A DNA stretch of 64,000 nt from Octopus bimaculoides (Eukaryota), in assembly GCF_001194135.2 (NCBI RefSeq), contig NC_069003.1, forward strand, positions 11,735,661 to 11,799,660, written 5' to 3'. Under the pieces are notes generated by a model. It was not told where the DNA came from. It ran no database searches and saw nothing but the letters and a program-made list of their open reading frames with translations. Positions 13,214-27,081 of this stretch are shown here, piece by piece. How positions within the stretch are numbered: position 1 is the first letter of the stretch; every line of letters begins with the position of its first letter. The translations under genes and the position numbers were made by a program.

Positions 13214-13340
13214 CAGGGTGTCTACAAGGTCTGGGTACATGGAGTAAATAAAATCATAACATAAACAGTTAAATATAAGAAATAATAAATTCTTAAAGTA
13301 TGTGTTAATCCCCATGTACCCAGACTTTGTGGACACCCCG
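13214..13340. mobile_element. 127-bp mariner-type MITE
   Basis: TA|cagggtgtctacaaggtctgggtacatgg ... ccatgtacccagactttgtggacaccccg|TA. Confidence 0.75.
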
Positions 13341-13934
13341 TATGTATATATATATATATATATNNNNNNNNNNNNNNNNNNNNNNNNNNNNNNNNGATGT
13401 AATGTAATATGTGTGTGTGTGTGTGTGTGTAGGCATTCCTACACAAGTGTGCACCCCACAACTCTTTTTCCTCATAACTTTTTAAAAAATAGATACTTTT
13501 TAATGAAATTTTATATAAATACATTTCAAATGGCATAGATTACAATTACAAAGAAACTTTTTGGGAAAAAGTTTTTCCAAGGGAAGGGAGAGAGGAGTTT
13601 TGGAAAATTTGCATGTCAGCTTTGTTTCCACACAACTTGCTGAAAATTGGGTATTTTTTATTGAAATTTTCTGCAAATACCTTTCAGATGGTGTCAGTTA
13701 CGACTATATCAGAATTTGTTGTGGAAAAAATTAGGAGAGGATGGTTATTTCACCTTGACTTTCTTTTCTCATATGTGTTTGCTTTCCAACCTCATGATTC
13801 TGGATTCAGTCCCTCTGCATGGTACTCTGCAAGTATCTCCTACAATAGCCACCACCACTTGACAACCGGCATTGGTTTGTTTATGTCTCCATACTTTAGC
13901 AGTTTGGCAAAAGTGAATGATAGAATAAGTGCTA

Positions 13935-15923
13935 GGCTTTGGCGATTATTTTTGCCGTGAGGAAACTTCACAGATTTCTCCAGGGTAGAAGTTTTTGGCT
14001 TCATACAGACCACTGACCGTTACAATCAATTTTTGAATTGTAGAAAGGAATTCCTACCCATTCAGCTAACAGATTACAACACTGGGGTATAATATTGTTA
14101 AATTACAACTTTAAGATGGAGTACCTCCCTTCTAAGAAAATTGGCCATGCGGACTGTTTATCTAGGCTAATTCTACAGAATGCGGAACCACTGGAAGATA
14201 CGGTGATAGCCGCATTACAATCAGAAAAGGAAATTAAAAACGTTAGGTGTAATGTCATTCAAGTGCACTAGTATAGCTAAAGTATGTGCCGCACAGGGCG
14301 GCCCTTCCGTTTGCTGCTCCAGGACCCTCAAAAAACCCCACATATTGCCTACAGTAGACCCAAAAGTGCCGCCCCTTTAAAAGTGCTGCCCAGGGCGGAC
14401 CGCCCCTTTCCCAGTTACTCTAGTGTTCAGGAGTTGCCAGTGGCTGTACAAGATAATAAAAAGTAAAGCAGTGGAGGACAAATACATTGTAAAAATGAAG
14501 GAAACATTTGAAAAATAAACAAAAGAGAAACACGAATGCGAACTATTTTTCACTCTGCAATGATGTACGCACAAGAGTGGTAGTTCCAACTGCACTACAG
14601 AAACGGATACTACATGAATTTCATAGTGGACACCCGGGGATGTCAAGAATGAAAGCTTTCATGAGGAGTTAAGTGTATTGGCCGACAATGGACCGGGACA
14701 TTGAAAATTTGGTAAAATCATGTAAAGGTTGTGCACTAGCAGCCAAGGCACCACCAATGAAATACCAGTCGTGGTCTGAGACGGATAGTCTGTGATCCAG
14801 GGAACATATAGACTACACTGGACCAGTGACAGGCGCGTACTACTTGATCATTGTTGATAGCTTTACCAAGTGGTCGGCAGTATGGAGGTGCAGTCAACTT
14901 ACTTTGAAGGCAACAATAAAGTTCCTATATGAACCCTTCACTCGGTACGATGTTCCGGACACCATAGTATTGGACAATGGAACACAATTTACAAGATATG
15001 AGTTCAAGAAATTCTGCATAATGCATACAATCAAGCACATGTTTACCTCGCTCTACCACCCGAGGTCAAATGAACTAGCAGAACAATTCGGAAATGACCA
15101 AGCACTAAGTTCTTAAGGATGTACGGAATAATGCCCAATCCGAATATTAGTTCAGGCAAGTCGCCTGCAGAGCTAATGTTCGCTCGAGGTATTAAATCTA
15201 TCTTCGACAAATTGTTGCCAAAGGAAAAACATATAGAGAAAATACAAAAAATTCAACTAAGCAGTTTGATGTAGGAGACAAAGTCCATTTCAAAATATAC
15301 AAGAACAGCAAAGAGAGTTGGCAGGATGGTGTAGTGACTAAAAGAATTGGAAACGTGCTGTATCTAATAAAAATCCAACGATAACAGCATAAACCACACC
15401 TAAATCAATTAAAAACCAAACATACAGAAGAAAGGAAAGAAATTCCAATGGAAGTGTTTTACATGTCCGATGTGCCAGCACCGAAAGAGATTGAGCCTTG
15501 AAGGTGCGGTTACAGAAAACGTAAACTGACTGAACATTTAGAAATAATTCCTAAGCGGAAAAAGTACTGAACGCCCTAAGGAAGCAAAATTTCAAAAAGG
15601 GAGAGTTGGTGGAAAGAAGGAGAAAAAAATAGTAGTAAAATAAATTTCGTTTCTTACTAAAGTCGAAATCTCAAAAGGGGAGATGTTGTGGCGAGTGTCA
15701 CGACACCTCCTGTGAGAATAGTCTTGACCGAACGACTATAAATAAATAGTAGCGGTCTGAGTGAGAGACCAGACAGAGTAGTTGTTAATCGCAGGAAGTT
15801 GTAAGATGTTATTTTGGTAGTTTGTCAGAATATCGTTTGTTGGTTTGTGGAGAGTTTGTTGGATTGCTACGTTGCTTTATTGTTATTATAGAGTTATAGT
15901 GTAAAAAAAGTATCGTCACAACG
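13935..15923 (+). mobile_element. Degenerate Ty3/Gypsy LTR retrotransposon 3' half (RNase H, integrase, PPT, 3' LTR 15684-15923)
   Basis: RNase H remnant AIIFAVRKLHRFLQGRSFWLHTDH*PL. Integrase zinc finger HSGHPGMSRMK...CKGC and core HIDYTGP...IVDSFTKW...DNGTQF. PPT aaaaggggaga, then TGTTGTG...CACAAC. Contains stops and frameshifts. Confidence 0.92.
14266..14425. mobile_element. Small GC-rich insertion nested in the Gypsy remnant
   Basis: CACTAG...CTAGTG termini. The Gypsy reading frame breaks before and resumes after (ELPV). Confidence 0.5.
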
Positions 15924-16107
15924 ATATTGGTGATACAACATATATGTGTGTGTGTGTATTTGTATGTATATGTTTATATATATATGTATATATATATTTG
16001 TAAATACACTCACATACATACAGACACATATCTAACAACTATCCCTTAGGTGTAAAATACACCTAAGGGATAGTAAATATCCAGAGAATGTGTGTGTGTG
16101 TGTGTAT

Positions 16108-16149
<42 letters not shown>

Positions 16150-16500
16150 CCAATTAACCATCATAGACCTGATAGCTGCAACTGCAGATCCGAGACAGAC
16201 TGCCCGCTGCAAGCCCAATACAGAAGGTTCAACGGCGTATACCAATGCACCGTTCACAACATAATAAATAACTCCTTTAGCTACTACACTGGATCCACCA
16301 CGATTTTTAAACAAAGATATTGTGCACATTTAAACTCGTTTAAATATAAAGAGAATAGCAATTACACATCTCTAGCCAGCCATGTACACCATCTAATTAT
16401 TAGAAAAACACACTACAAACTTTCCTGAGCTATAATAGACTCGGGTATCCCGTATCAGGGCCAATATTCCATTTGTGGACTCTGCTTAAAAGAAGCCCTC
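16150..16500 (+). mobile_element. Penelope-like GIY-YIG endonuclease fragment
   Basis: Reads SCNCRSETDCPLQ...VYQCTV...YYTGSTTIFKQRYCAHLNSF...TSLASHV...CGLCLKE. Confidence 0.8.
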
Positions 16501-18302
16501 AAAATTTTAACCCATAATTCACTACAATTGCTTAATAAACACAACGAAACCTTCACTACATGTATGCACAAATTCTTCCGCACTTTTAACTCATTATGGG
16601 AATTTCCATTCAAACGCCCGATTGAGCTCACAAAATCGATGCCAACTGAGCATTACCGAGTTTTCGAAAAATTCCGGCCTTATTTGAACTTTAGGGCATG
16701 TGCCAAAAATCATTAAAATCGGTTGGACGGTGTGGGAGGAGTTAGAGTAACCCCAAATACACAGACAGATAGACACCATTACATATTTAGGATCTTTTTC
16801 AAAATGGGGGCCACATTTTTCATTAACGAAACACTTTGAAACTTGGAACACTGGTAGAATGTGTCATATAAAACATCTTTTTCTCTTAGTCTTCTTAAAA
16901 AAAAAAGAAATCCCTAAGTTATTCCATGTTAAAGTTGTCGTATTTCTGTAATTTCAACCAATCACTGACGTCCATTCAGCCGATATACATAAACAAACGA
17001 TTCTGAAACAATTCTATCGGTGATAGGGTTAGGGTTAGGGTAAAACNNNNNNNNNNNNNNNNNNNNNNNNNNNNNNNNNNNNNNNNNNNNNNNNNNNNNN
17101 NNNNNNNNNNNNNNNNNNNNNNNNNNNNNNNNNNNNNNNNNNNNNNNNNNNNNNNNNNNNNNNNNNNNNNNNNNNNNNNNNNNNNNNNNNNNNNNNNNNN
17201 NNNNNNNNNNNNNNNNNNNNNNNNNNNNNNNNNNNNNNNNNNNNNNNNNNNNNNNNNNNNNNNNNNNNNNNNNNNNNNNNNNNNNNNNNNNNNNNNNNNN
17301 NNNNNNNNNNNNNNNNNNNNNNNNNNNNNNNNNNNNNNNNNNNNNNNNNNNNNNNNNNNNNNNNNNNNNNNNNNNNNNNNNNNNNNNNNNNNNNNNNNNN
17401 NNNNNNNNNNNNNNNNNNNNNNNNNNNNNNNNNNNNNNNNNNNNNNNNNNNNNNNNNNNNNNNNNNNNNNNNNNNNNNNNNNNNNNNNNNNNNNNNNNNN
17501 NNNNNNNNNNNNNNNNNNNTATATATATATGTAGGATCATCCTATAAATAATGCGGTAATTTTATACTTCTTTTATTTTTCAAAATTAAGATAAATAAAG
17601 TTCTTTTTAAATTTAAAATATATTCTCCTTAATTTTCTACAATGCTGTTCCATCTCTCTGGTAGACTTGCTAGGCCCCTCTTCCAAAATTCACATGTCCG
17701 TGACGAAAAATGCTCCTCCAGTACTGTTCTGACTTCCTCTACAGAATTCATATTTTTTCCGTCCAAAGTATTAGCAGACACTCAGGGAAGGAAAGAAAGG
17801 TGGTTTAACGTTTCAAGCAAAACACTTCTTCAGATACAGAGGAATGTCCAATAGAAAAGGAAGATGGAGTAGAAAAAATCGCCAGGAGTGGCTATGTGGT
17901 AAGTAACTTGCTTACAAACCACATGGTTCCAGGTTCATTCCGACTGCGTGGTACCTTGGGCAAGTGTCTTCTGCTATAGCCTTGGGCTAACCAAAGCCTT
18001 GTGAGTGAATTTGGTTGACGGAAACTGAAAGAAGCCCATCGTATATAAATGTATATATGTATGTAGTATATATATATATATATATATATTTGCGTGTGTG
18101 TTTGTGTATCTGTTTGTCCCCCCACCATCGCTCGACAACCGATGTTGGTGTGTTTACGTCCCCCGTAACTTAGCGGTTCGGCAAAAGACACCGATAGAAT
18201 AAGTACTAGGATTACAAAGAATAAGTCCTGGGGCGATTTGTTCGACTAAAGGCGGTGCTCCAGCACGGCCGCAGTCAAATGACTGAAATAAAAGAAGAAA
18301 GA

Positions 18303-18334
<32 letters not shown>

Positions 18335-19326
18335 TAATCAATGAAGATAAAATATTTAATAACAATTATTTTATATATTTTTTAATCGGCAGAAAGTAAC
18401 GAAACTCTCGGCTCTAGAGTCACTTTTATAACTTTTGCCGATTAAAAATAGTGGTTATAAAAAGTACATACACATACACATACTCTCCCCTTCCCCCCAC
18501 TCTCTAAGTCTCTTTTGAATGTCCGTTCATGGTTTCCACGTAAGTTATGGCGGCGTTGTCAAGGAAGCTAAGGTCACGAGAGATAGGCTTTTTCCAAAGC
18601 TATATTTTCGTTTCTCTGTTATTACTTATTAATTTTACTCGCGTCTCTGTCTTTGTTGGATAAGAAATCAAACTTCAGATACAAACGGCAGCAAAACCGT
18701 TTGTTCGGAAATTAAACAATACTAACATTTTTATAATATATTATACTATATATTATATGCACCCGTTACCACTTTACAGATACCTACATATATAGATGTA
18801 TACATCGATCTAAAGTAACAGGAATACCAAAGGAAGGCCGAAATTTAAGAGAAGAGAAAGCCAAAAGGTATCATGCTACTCATTTAAAAAATCCTGAGTA
18901 GAACTTATTATCATTTTTGTTGTTACTACTTTGAAACTATTTTGAATGTTCAACTTTATTTTCTTTGGTTTGTGTTAGATCTTTAAAAAGTTTTAGAAAT
19001 TTTTTTTTTCCCTGTAAAAATGCTCTCTTTCTTTCAGAAAAATGTATTATATTCTCTAGAAAGTATCTATCTACCTGTCTGTCTATCTAACCTGTATATC
19101 ATATCCATAATATCTATACAAAAAGTTTCACATTGGAAGCGCTACTGTAAACATTTACCTTAAAAACACACACATACGTAACTCGTTTGATAAGGGTTAA
19201 CGCACGAAACCCTCGGTCCTTGATTGACTCTGTTGCTTCTGCTAAATATTAATAAAAATATACATATACTCATATATTGAGTTCCATTTTCCCTCTTTGC
19301 ATCATCATACTTTGTATGTGTGTGTG

Positions 19327-19383
<57 letters not shown>

Positions 19384-20529
19384 CTGGCCAGGTTGGCAGC
19401 TTCACCGATGACAAGTGGGATCCTGCGCCATTAGAATACATATATGGGGGCCCATGTTTGTATCTAAGGGGCCCATCCCCTTAAGTTTGAGAATTTTTTA
19501 TTCACTCCTGGAAGAATGCATTAATTATTTTAGCCTGAAATGAATACGTTTAACAAAAAGAAAGAAAGAAATGAAATGGTAGCGTTGTAGTTGCGGATGG
19601 GCCCTGGCTTTGGGTAACAGAAAATACAAGAGGATTAGTTAACCATGATTTTATTCAACATATTCTTTTTCAACTCTAGGCACATGGCCCGAAATTTTGG
19701 AGGAGGGGGCCAGTCGATTAGATCGAACCAGTACACAACTGGTACTTAATTTATCGACTCGGAAAGGATGAAAGGCATAGTCGACCTCGGCGGAATTTGA
19801 ACTCAGAACGTAACGGCAGACGAAATACCGCTAAGCATTTCGCCCGGCGTGCTAACGTTTCTTATTTCTTTATTGCCCACAAGGAGCTAAACATAGAGGG
19901 GACAAACAAGGACAGACAAAAGGATTAAGTCGATTATATCGACCCCAGTGCGTAACTGATACTTAATTTATCGACTCCGAAAGGATGAAAGGCAAAGTCG
20001 ACCTCGGCGGAATTTGAACTCAGAACGTANNNNNNNNNNCTTTCTTATTCAACATATTCACCTTTCACATTCACCTACTTATTGCAGCAGTCCTTCAGTT
20101 TTCTCTACGGCCTGTGAAAGAATTCGGAATGTTGGGCCTCCTACTAGGCCTTTCGCGACACCCTTAAAGCCAGGAACTTTACAGCATCTCTTCGCGTATA
20201 TATATATATATATATACACCTGGAAAATAATGCGTGGCGTTCAATCATATAATATAAATGATATATAAATATATGAATATGCATACATATATGTACATAC
20301 CTACATATACATGTATATATACATGCATATATGGATACAGGACATCAAAAAAAATTTTTTTAACGTGGACAGAATGAGAAACGAGAACAAAAAACAAAAA
20401 CATAGAAAACGAACTTTTTTTTGAACAACGAAAAACAGAGAAACGAGACATGCAACATAAAGAACATTCCCTAGAGAGAGACAGAGACAGACAGACTTTA
20501 AAAAAAAATTTTATTATTAAAGCTGCAAA

Positions 20530-20571
20530 AACTGTTACTCAGAGTTTCACGTTTCCGTTCGTCAGACAGTT
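20530..20571 (-). ncRNA. Minimal type I hammerhead ribozyme motif, complete core
   Basis: Minus strand reads AACUGU-CUGACGA-ACG(GAAA)CGU-GAA-ACUC(U)GAGU-A-ACAGUU: 6-bp stem I, intact core, GUA cleavage triplet. Confidence 0.85.
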
Positions 20572-21284
20572 GTGATCAAGATTGGCATATTACTCTACCT
20601 TCGGTATTCGAGTACTATATTTTTCTAACTTGTCTTGCATTTATGTTCTTACTCGTGTGTATATGTGTTTGTGTGTAATATATACACCTAAGTCTGAAGA
20701 GCTAGGTTCGTTTTACGAGTGCACAAAACTACGTTGCATGCGGCTGAATCAATCTGTTATCAAATTATATATTTATAATATGTTGAATGAAATCATGTTT
20801 AACTGATCCTCCTGTATTTTCTTTTACCTACAGCCAGGAACTTTTCAGTACCCCCCCCCCTCGTATGTATGTATGGTGATGGTGGGGGGGGGGAGCATTC
20901 TTTTGGTTAAAGTAGCAATACTGTCAAAATACACAGCTGATTTGTTCGGCAATTTCCGTAAAGAATTTTTATTTCTTTACTTTTGCTTTCATGCCCTTTC
21001 AACGCGCGAACGCGCGCATATATATATATGCGAAAAAAATTTAATTTGTGTTCGTGGGAAGAGCCATTTTAACGATGCGTACTGCCCTAACTCTTCGAAA
21101 CGCCGGTGTTTTAATGGTGGCAGCTGATGAAGGATATGTTCTCTATGTGACCTGCTTGTTGTACCTTGTTTATCATTTTGTCCATGTTCTTTTGCAACGT
21201 CATGTACCCAGATATGTATCTATATGTACATGTAGATGAAGGTATGTACATACATGTACATATATATGCATATACTCATATATT

Positions 21285-21351
<67 letters not shown>

Positions 21352-21819
21352 CACACACGTACATAAAGCTGAACACGCTCCCACACAAACACATATACCT
21401 ACAAAAAAGATGTATGCACATGTATTTATGTATGTACGTGTATATGGATGACAATGGTGTACGTGCATGTTTGTGTGCGAGTGTGTTCAGCTTTATGCAT
21501 GTGTGTGTGTGTGTGAGAGAGAGATAGAGAGAGAGAGAGAGTGTGTGTGTGTACGAGTTTGCGTCTCACTATTCAACTCATGGACACGAAAGTCAATGGG
21601 TGTGCGCGTGAGTTTGTGTGAGCGTATGTGTCACTGTTGATCTCCTTCATCGAGTTGAAAAGCAAATGTCGGCTTCTGCAGGACATGAAAATAAAAATAA
21701 ATAAATAATAATTCTTAACGGAAATTGCCAAACAAATCAGCTGTCAATTTTGACAATTGCAACTTAAACCAAAAGAATGTCGTGTGTGTGCTTGGTGATG
21801 CAAAGAGGCAAACACGATA

Positions 21820-21854
<35 letters not shown>

Positions 21855-22033
21855 TTGTCGTCATACTAATACATCCTTTTGTTGTTTACACCACCTGTCC
21901 TCGTCTGTTGTTTTTTTTTTTCGTACGTTCTCTCATATATATATATATACATACCCATATATATATATATAAAGCAGTTGTATACTGTCAACTTAATGTG
22001 ACAGTCCCAATAAGGGAATCAGGATCCTTCTGA

Positions 22034-22829
22034 ATTGACGGACACCACTATTCATTTATGTTTTATGTAGTGTTTTTGGAACCGAAACACTTTCAAACTT
22101 CATATACTTGTATATTTTGTGTTATAGAACAGATAAAAATTTTTGTATTCGAAGTTATTTCATGTAAAAAAAATTGTCGTATTTTGGTAATTTCAACCAA
22201 TCACTGACGTCTATTGAGGTGAAAACAATTACTGCTGTGGAATGTAAACAACATGTTCTAACGGTGTCATGGGATCTTTTCCTTTGAATAAAATTAGTGC
22301 CGTTGTTTGTCAACAACAACTATCGGCGGTACTGTTATTTATGACATCATTCGTGCGTTTGTACTGGTTTTAGCTTTATGGTTTTAGAGTTAGGGTTAGT
22401 TTTAGGGTTAAGGTTAGGGTTATGATTATTTTTGTCATAACCATAACTCTAACCCTAAAACCCTATAACTCGTAACCGTAACCCTAAAACCCTAACCGTA
22501 ACTCTAAAACCCGAACCCTAACCCTAAAACCCTAAACCCTTACTAAGGAATAACTAGGGTTATAACCCTTAATAGGGATTAACAGGGAATAACGATCTTG
22601 ACACCGGCAAAAGTTATTGTTTACAAAAACAGCAGTAACTGTATTCAGCTGACTAGAGGTCAGTGATTGGTTGAAATTACAGAAATACGACAACTTTAAC
22701 ATGAAATAACTTGCAATATATAATTTTTTGTTTAGAAGGCTAAGAGAAAAAGATGTTTTATATGACACATTCTACCAGTGTCCCAAGTTTGAAAGTGTTT
22801 CGTTAAGAAAACAAGTGGTGCCCGTCAAT
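22034..22829. mobile_element. Non-autonomous TIR element with internal inverted TTAGGG-like arrays; partial copy at 16810-17046
   Basis: Termini attgacggacaccact / agtggtgcccgtcaat, long imperfect subterminal IRs, (ttaggg)-like tract at 22380-22420 facing an (aaccct)-like tract at 22440-22570. Confidence 0.65.
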
Positions 22830-23169
22830 GCATGAAACCGGTCCATGGTGCCAAAAAAGGTTGGGATCGGCTGCATTAGAGGGTCGACACAAATAAGTTA
22901 CCAGTCACGTTTTGGAGTAGATGTAATCGACCCGCTCAAAAATTTTCGGCCTTGTGCCTTGATCAGAAGCTATTAGTATTGTTGAACACTTCTTTGATCT
23001 TGTTTGAAGTTTAAAAAGCCAAACGTAAACTAGGAATTCTTTCTTTTTTCATTATGCCTTCCGATTTCATATCGATAATCAATAACATCAATCAGAATAA
23101 TGTCGAAATAGATTTTTGTTTTAATGTTGTGTAATGATCATAAGAAATGTGTATGTGTGTGTGTGTGTA

Positions 23170-23207
<38 letters not shown>

Positions 23208-23273
23208 CATATGTATGTATGTATATATATATGTTTTTTTTAAATGGTTTATAAACACCTTCCACGCTGCAAT

Positions 23274-23315
<42 letters not shown>

Positions 23316-23811
23316 NNNNNNNNNNNNNNNNNNNNNNNNNNNNNNNNNNNNNNNNNNNNNNNNNNNNNNNNNNNNNNNNNNNNNNNNNNNNNNNNNNNNN
23401 NNNNNNNNNNNNNNNNNNNNNNNNNNNNNNNNNNNNNNNNNNNNNNNNNNNNNNNNNNNNNNNNNNNNNNNNNNNNNNNNNNNNNNNNNNNNNNNNNNNN
23501 NNNNNNNNNNNNNNNNNNNNNNNNNNNNNNNNNNNNNNNNNNNNNNNNNNNNNNNNNNNNNNNNNNNNNNNNNNNNNNNNNNNNNNNNNNNNNNNNNNNN
23601 NNNNNNNNNNNNNNNNNNNNNNNNNNNNNNNNNNNNNNNNNNNNNNNNNNNNNNNNNNNNNNNNNNNNNNNNNNNNNNNNNNNNNNNNNNNNNNNNNNNN
23701 NNNNNNNNNNNNNNNNNNNNNNNNNNNNNNNNNNNNNNNNNNNNNNNNNNNNNNNNNNNNNNNNNNNNNNNNNNNNNNNNNNNNNNNNNNNNNNNNNNNN
23801 NNNNNNNNNNN

Positions 23812-23894
<83 letters not shown>

Positions 23895-24374
23895 ATATAT
23901 ATGTATGTATGTGTGTGTTTTTATATATATATAGTTCAGGTAAAATCTAGTGACGTAATGTAACAGGCATATACAATAGGTACTCAGGTTGACGGAAACT
24001 CCGACTTTAACTGTGACTAAAACAAAAAAGTGCAATTGTAGCTGCCTAGCAATGAATGGCTATAAATGGTTTATGGCTATGAATGGTTTGTCATTGTACA
24101 GTAGAATGAAAGTATGAACAAGCAATCAATAGGTACCAGTTTAGAGCATAGAATTTATATATCTAAACATAGTTACAGAGCTGTTAAAATAGAGCTGTTA
24201 GACCAAAATAGAGTGTGTCATAGAAATAAGGGAGTAAGGAGGTATGCAAATAGTCTCTTACATGTTTCTGGCTGCTGCGGCTTCCCTGCTGGATCGGTGT
24301 GCTGTTTCCTGCAGAAGATAGGTCTGAAACCCAGACAGTTAAAGAAAGCCACCAAGAAGATAGGCACAAGAAGA

Positions 24375-24610
24375 AAGGCAGCGAGCTGGCAGAAACGTTT
24401 GCGCGCCGGGAGAATGCTCAGCGGTATTTCGTCTGCCGTTACGTTCTGAGTTCAAATTCCGCCGAGGTCGACTTTGCCTTTCATCCTTTCGGGGTCGATT
24501 AAATAAGTACCAGTTACGCACTGGGATTGATGTAATCGACTTAATCCCCTTGTCTGTCCTTGTTTGTCCTCTCTATGTTTAGCCCCTTGTGGGCAATAAA
24601 GAAATAAGTA
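24375..24610 (+). mobile_element. tRNA-derived SINE family B (Meta-domain-like gcctttcatcctttcggggtcgat); copies at 7596-7826, 19690-20029(-), 34571-34800, 47500-47680(-), 58865-59075
   Basis: Near-identical repeated sequence ggcgagctggcagaa...gagttcaaattccgccgaggtcgac...gggcaataaagaaat. Confidence 0.88.
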
Positions 24611-24967
24611 GGCACAGCAGCCCGCTGCCATGCTGGAGCACTGCCTCTAAGATTTTAGCCGACCAAACCGACCCAGTACTTAAGCCTGGTACTTATTCTA
24701 CCGTTCTCTCTTGCCGAACCGTCAAGTATCGGGGACGTAAACAAACCAACACCGTCAAGCGACGGTAGAGGACAAACACAGACGGGCTTCTTTCAATTTC
24801 CATCCATCAAATCCATTCACAAGGCTTTTGTTGGCCCGTGACTATAGTGGAAGACACTAGCCCAATGTGCCACACAGTAAGACTGAACCCAGAACCATGT
24901 GGTTGGGAAATAAACTTCAAACCACACGGCCAGTGCATTTCTACACACCCATATACATACATACATA

Positions 24968-25560
24968 CATGCTTAAAGGAGAATCTGGATAAACTGGGAT
25001 TTTCAGAAAGAGAAATCGACCGGCTAATTCGTACATTACAAGTGAGTGGAAGAGTAAAAATATGCAAGACTTTTCTCAAGTTCCGAATGTGAATTTGTCT
25101 GTGTTAACTACATCCCAAAGATGGAACCTTGTATCTTTGTTGGAAACCGGCTCCCTCCTCAGTTGAAGATTTATAATAATTAAAAAATTGAAGAAACATA
25201 CATTGGAGCCCTGGGATATGTAACACACTGCCTAAATACCAATCTTGAGAAATTAGGCTTCTGAAATCTAGAAACGTGAAAGCTAATTCGAAGACTACAG
25301 ATCCAATCTATCACTGGAATTGTAAAAATTTATAAAATTTTCTAGAAGTTTATCATTTAAATATATACGAACATGTCTAGATGTGCAACTACATGCTTGA
25401 GAATACACACGTAGAGCAAAACATACAAATCTGCACATGTACATACATACATACATACATAAGTACCCTAATGTTGAAATTTCAATGAAGGAACTTTGAA
25501 TGTAGGCTGGAAACCGGCTCTTTCTCTATTGGCAAAAAATCTTGAAATAAAACTGAACAA
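24968..25560 (+). mobile_element. Two tandem 3' ends of an RLE-type non-LTR retrotransposon
   Basis: LKENLDKLGFSEREIDRLIRTLQVSGRVKICKTFLKF* and a degenerate repeat CLNTNLEKLGF..KLIRRLQIQSITGIVKI. Confidence 0.55.
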
Positions 25561-25923
25561 TGACATACGTATGTATGTATGTGTGTGCATGTACACACAC
25601 AAACACATACACGATTTTATTGTCAGTAACTTAGATTTTTCGTGACTCATGAGTTTTGGCACCCCTTCACTAAATTGTCCAATTAGGGGTACCAGTAATA
25701 TGTGTGGGTATTTTTTTTACGGCTGTGTGTGTTACGTATGACGTGGATGGAAATTATTAAAATTGCTTTTCGTGAGATAAGTTGTTTTCTCTTGTTGTTT
25801 GTTTATCTCTGGACAGAACTTTTCTGGACAGAAATTCCTGTGGCCAGCATACTGAACCAATTACTGAACACTATTTTTGCTTTATTTTTTTGCTATATGT
25901 GAGTGAGTGAGTGNNNNNNNNNN

Positions 25924-25979
<56 letters not shown>

Positions 25980-27081
25980 ATATATACATATACATACACA
26001 CACATATTTATATAATACATTTTAAAATGAAATACAGTTTCCACAAAATTAAATATAATATAATGAATGTGAATGCCAGTGTGTCACACTTTTTCAACTT
26101 TACTCCTAGAGGCCGTAGCCCAACATATAACATTTTGGAATCAGGCTGACTCCGTGAGTAAATTAAAAACATTCCGGACCGAATCCGGACCTGCAATCTT
26201 GAAATTTTGGATTCCTATGTTTTCATTACTGCGATTGTTTTCGGCGATTTGTTTTTACATGATTTTCAGCGACGAGTATGACCATGTACAGGATCTATTT
26301 CTTTTTGAACTTTTCTTGGCACAACGCTAACAAAAACACTCGCCAGATTATGTACATGTCGACATGAAGGGAGAATTTTAACGACAACCGGTGATAATGT
26401 TTTTGTAATTAATGAGATACGTCTGTTTAATCTCACCAGACAGATCAGTCACTCGAAGTTTCAATTAACAACCTGTATGATACAGTAGCAATGTTGTTGT
26501 CGTTGTGTAACCCTGGGTCAATTTTGATTGAGTAATGCTATCTATTATTGATGCTGTGCTTTTTTTAACTTGTGCCGTGCATGGCACAAACATGGTATCA
26601 ACCTGAAATTTTTCTCTCCTAAATAATCGCATTTTTTGTTTATTTTTCGTAAACGTAGTCTTTGAACATTACTGTTGTTGGCTGTAAAAATAATACACCT
26701 ATTTTGATTGTGTAAAATCGATAAATTATTATGTTCTGTTTTGTTTTTCCTAGAAGATCAGTTTGATTTTGATAATAACGTTGTTCATATTCAATTGTAC
26801 GTGTTGTCACAGGAAAATGAATGTTCGTTAAAGATTAGTTTAAAGCCCTGGAATCTTGGGAAATTTCTTCCAATCGCTTGAAGTATTTCTAGTCTTCACA
26901 GATAATTTTTTGAAGAAATGTAGTCTTGATGTAGCTGATGACGAAAACTACATACACTTCCCCCCTCCCAAGAAAGTAACAATCCTTTCTACTAAAGGCA
27001 CAAGGCCTGACATTTTGGAGGAGGGGACCAGTCGATTACATCGACCTCCAGTGTTTCACTGGTATTAATTTATTGACCGTG

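Noticed and set aside
20690-20745. CTGAAGA-gc...gc-ACAAAAC on the + strand
   Set aside because: GAAA core and stems are broken; at best a fossil motif.
21055-21140. GAAGAG...CTCTTC-GAAAC and a nearby CTGATGA
   Set aside because: The elements are not in an order or pairing that gives a complete hammerhead of any type.
18500-26900. CpG-richer unique stretches with donor- or acceptor-like sites (about 18538, about 26753) as TTLL7 promoter or 5' UTR exons; X-box-like GTTGTCAAGGAAGC near 18557
   Set aside because: Plausible but not supportable without transcript data; motif matches are weak.
26929-26953. atgtag-CTGATGA-C-GAAAA-ctacat
   Set aside because: Core-like words but no stem II or III; probably chance.
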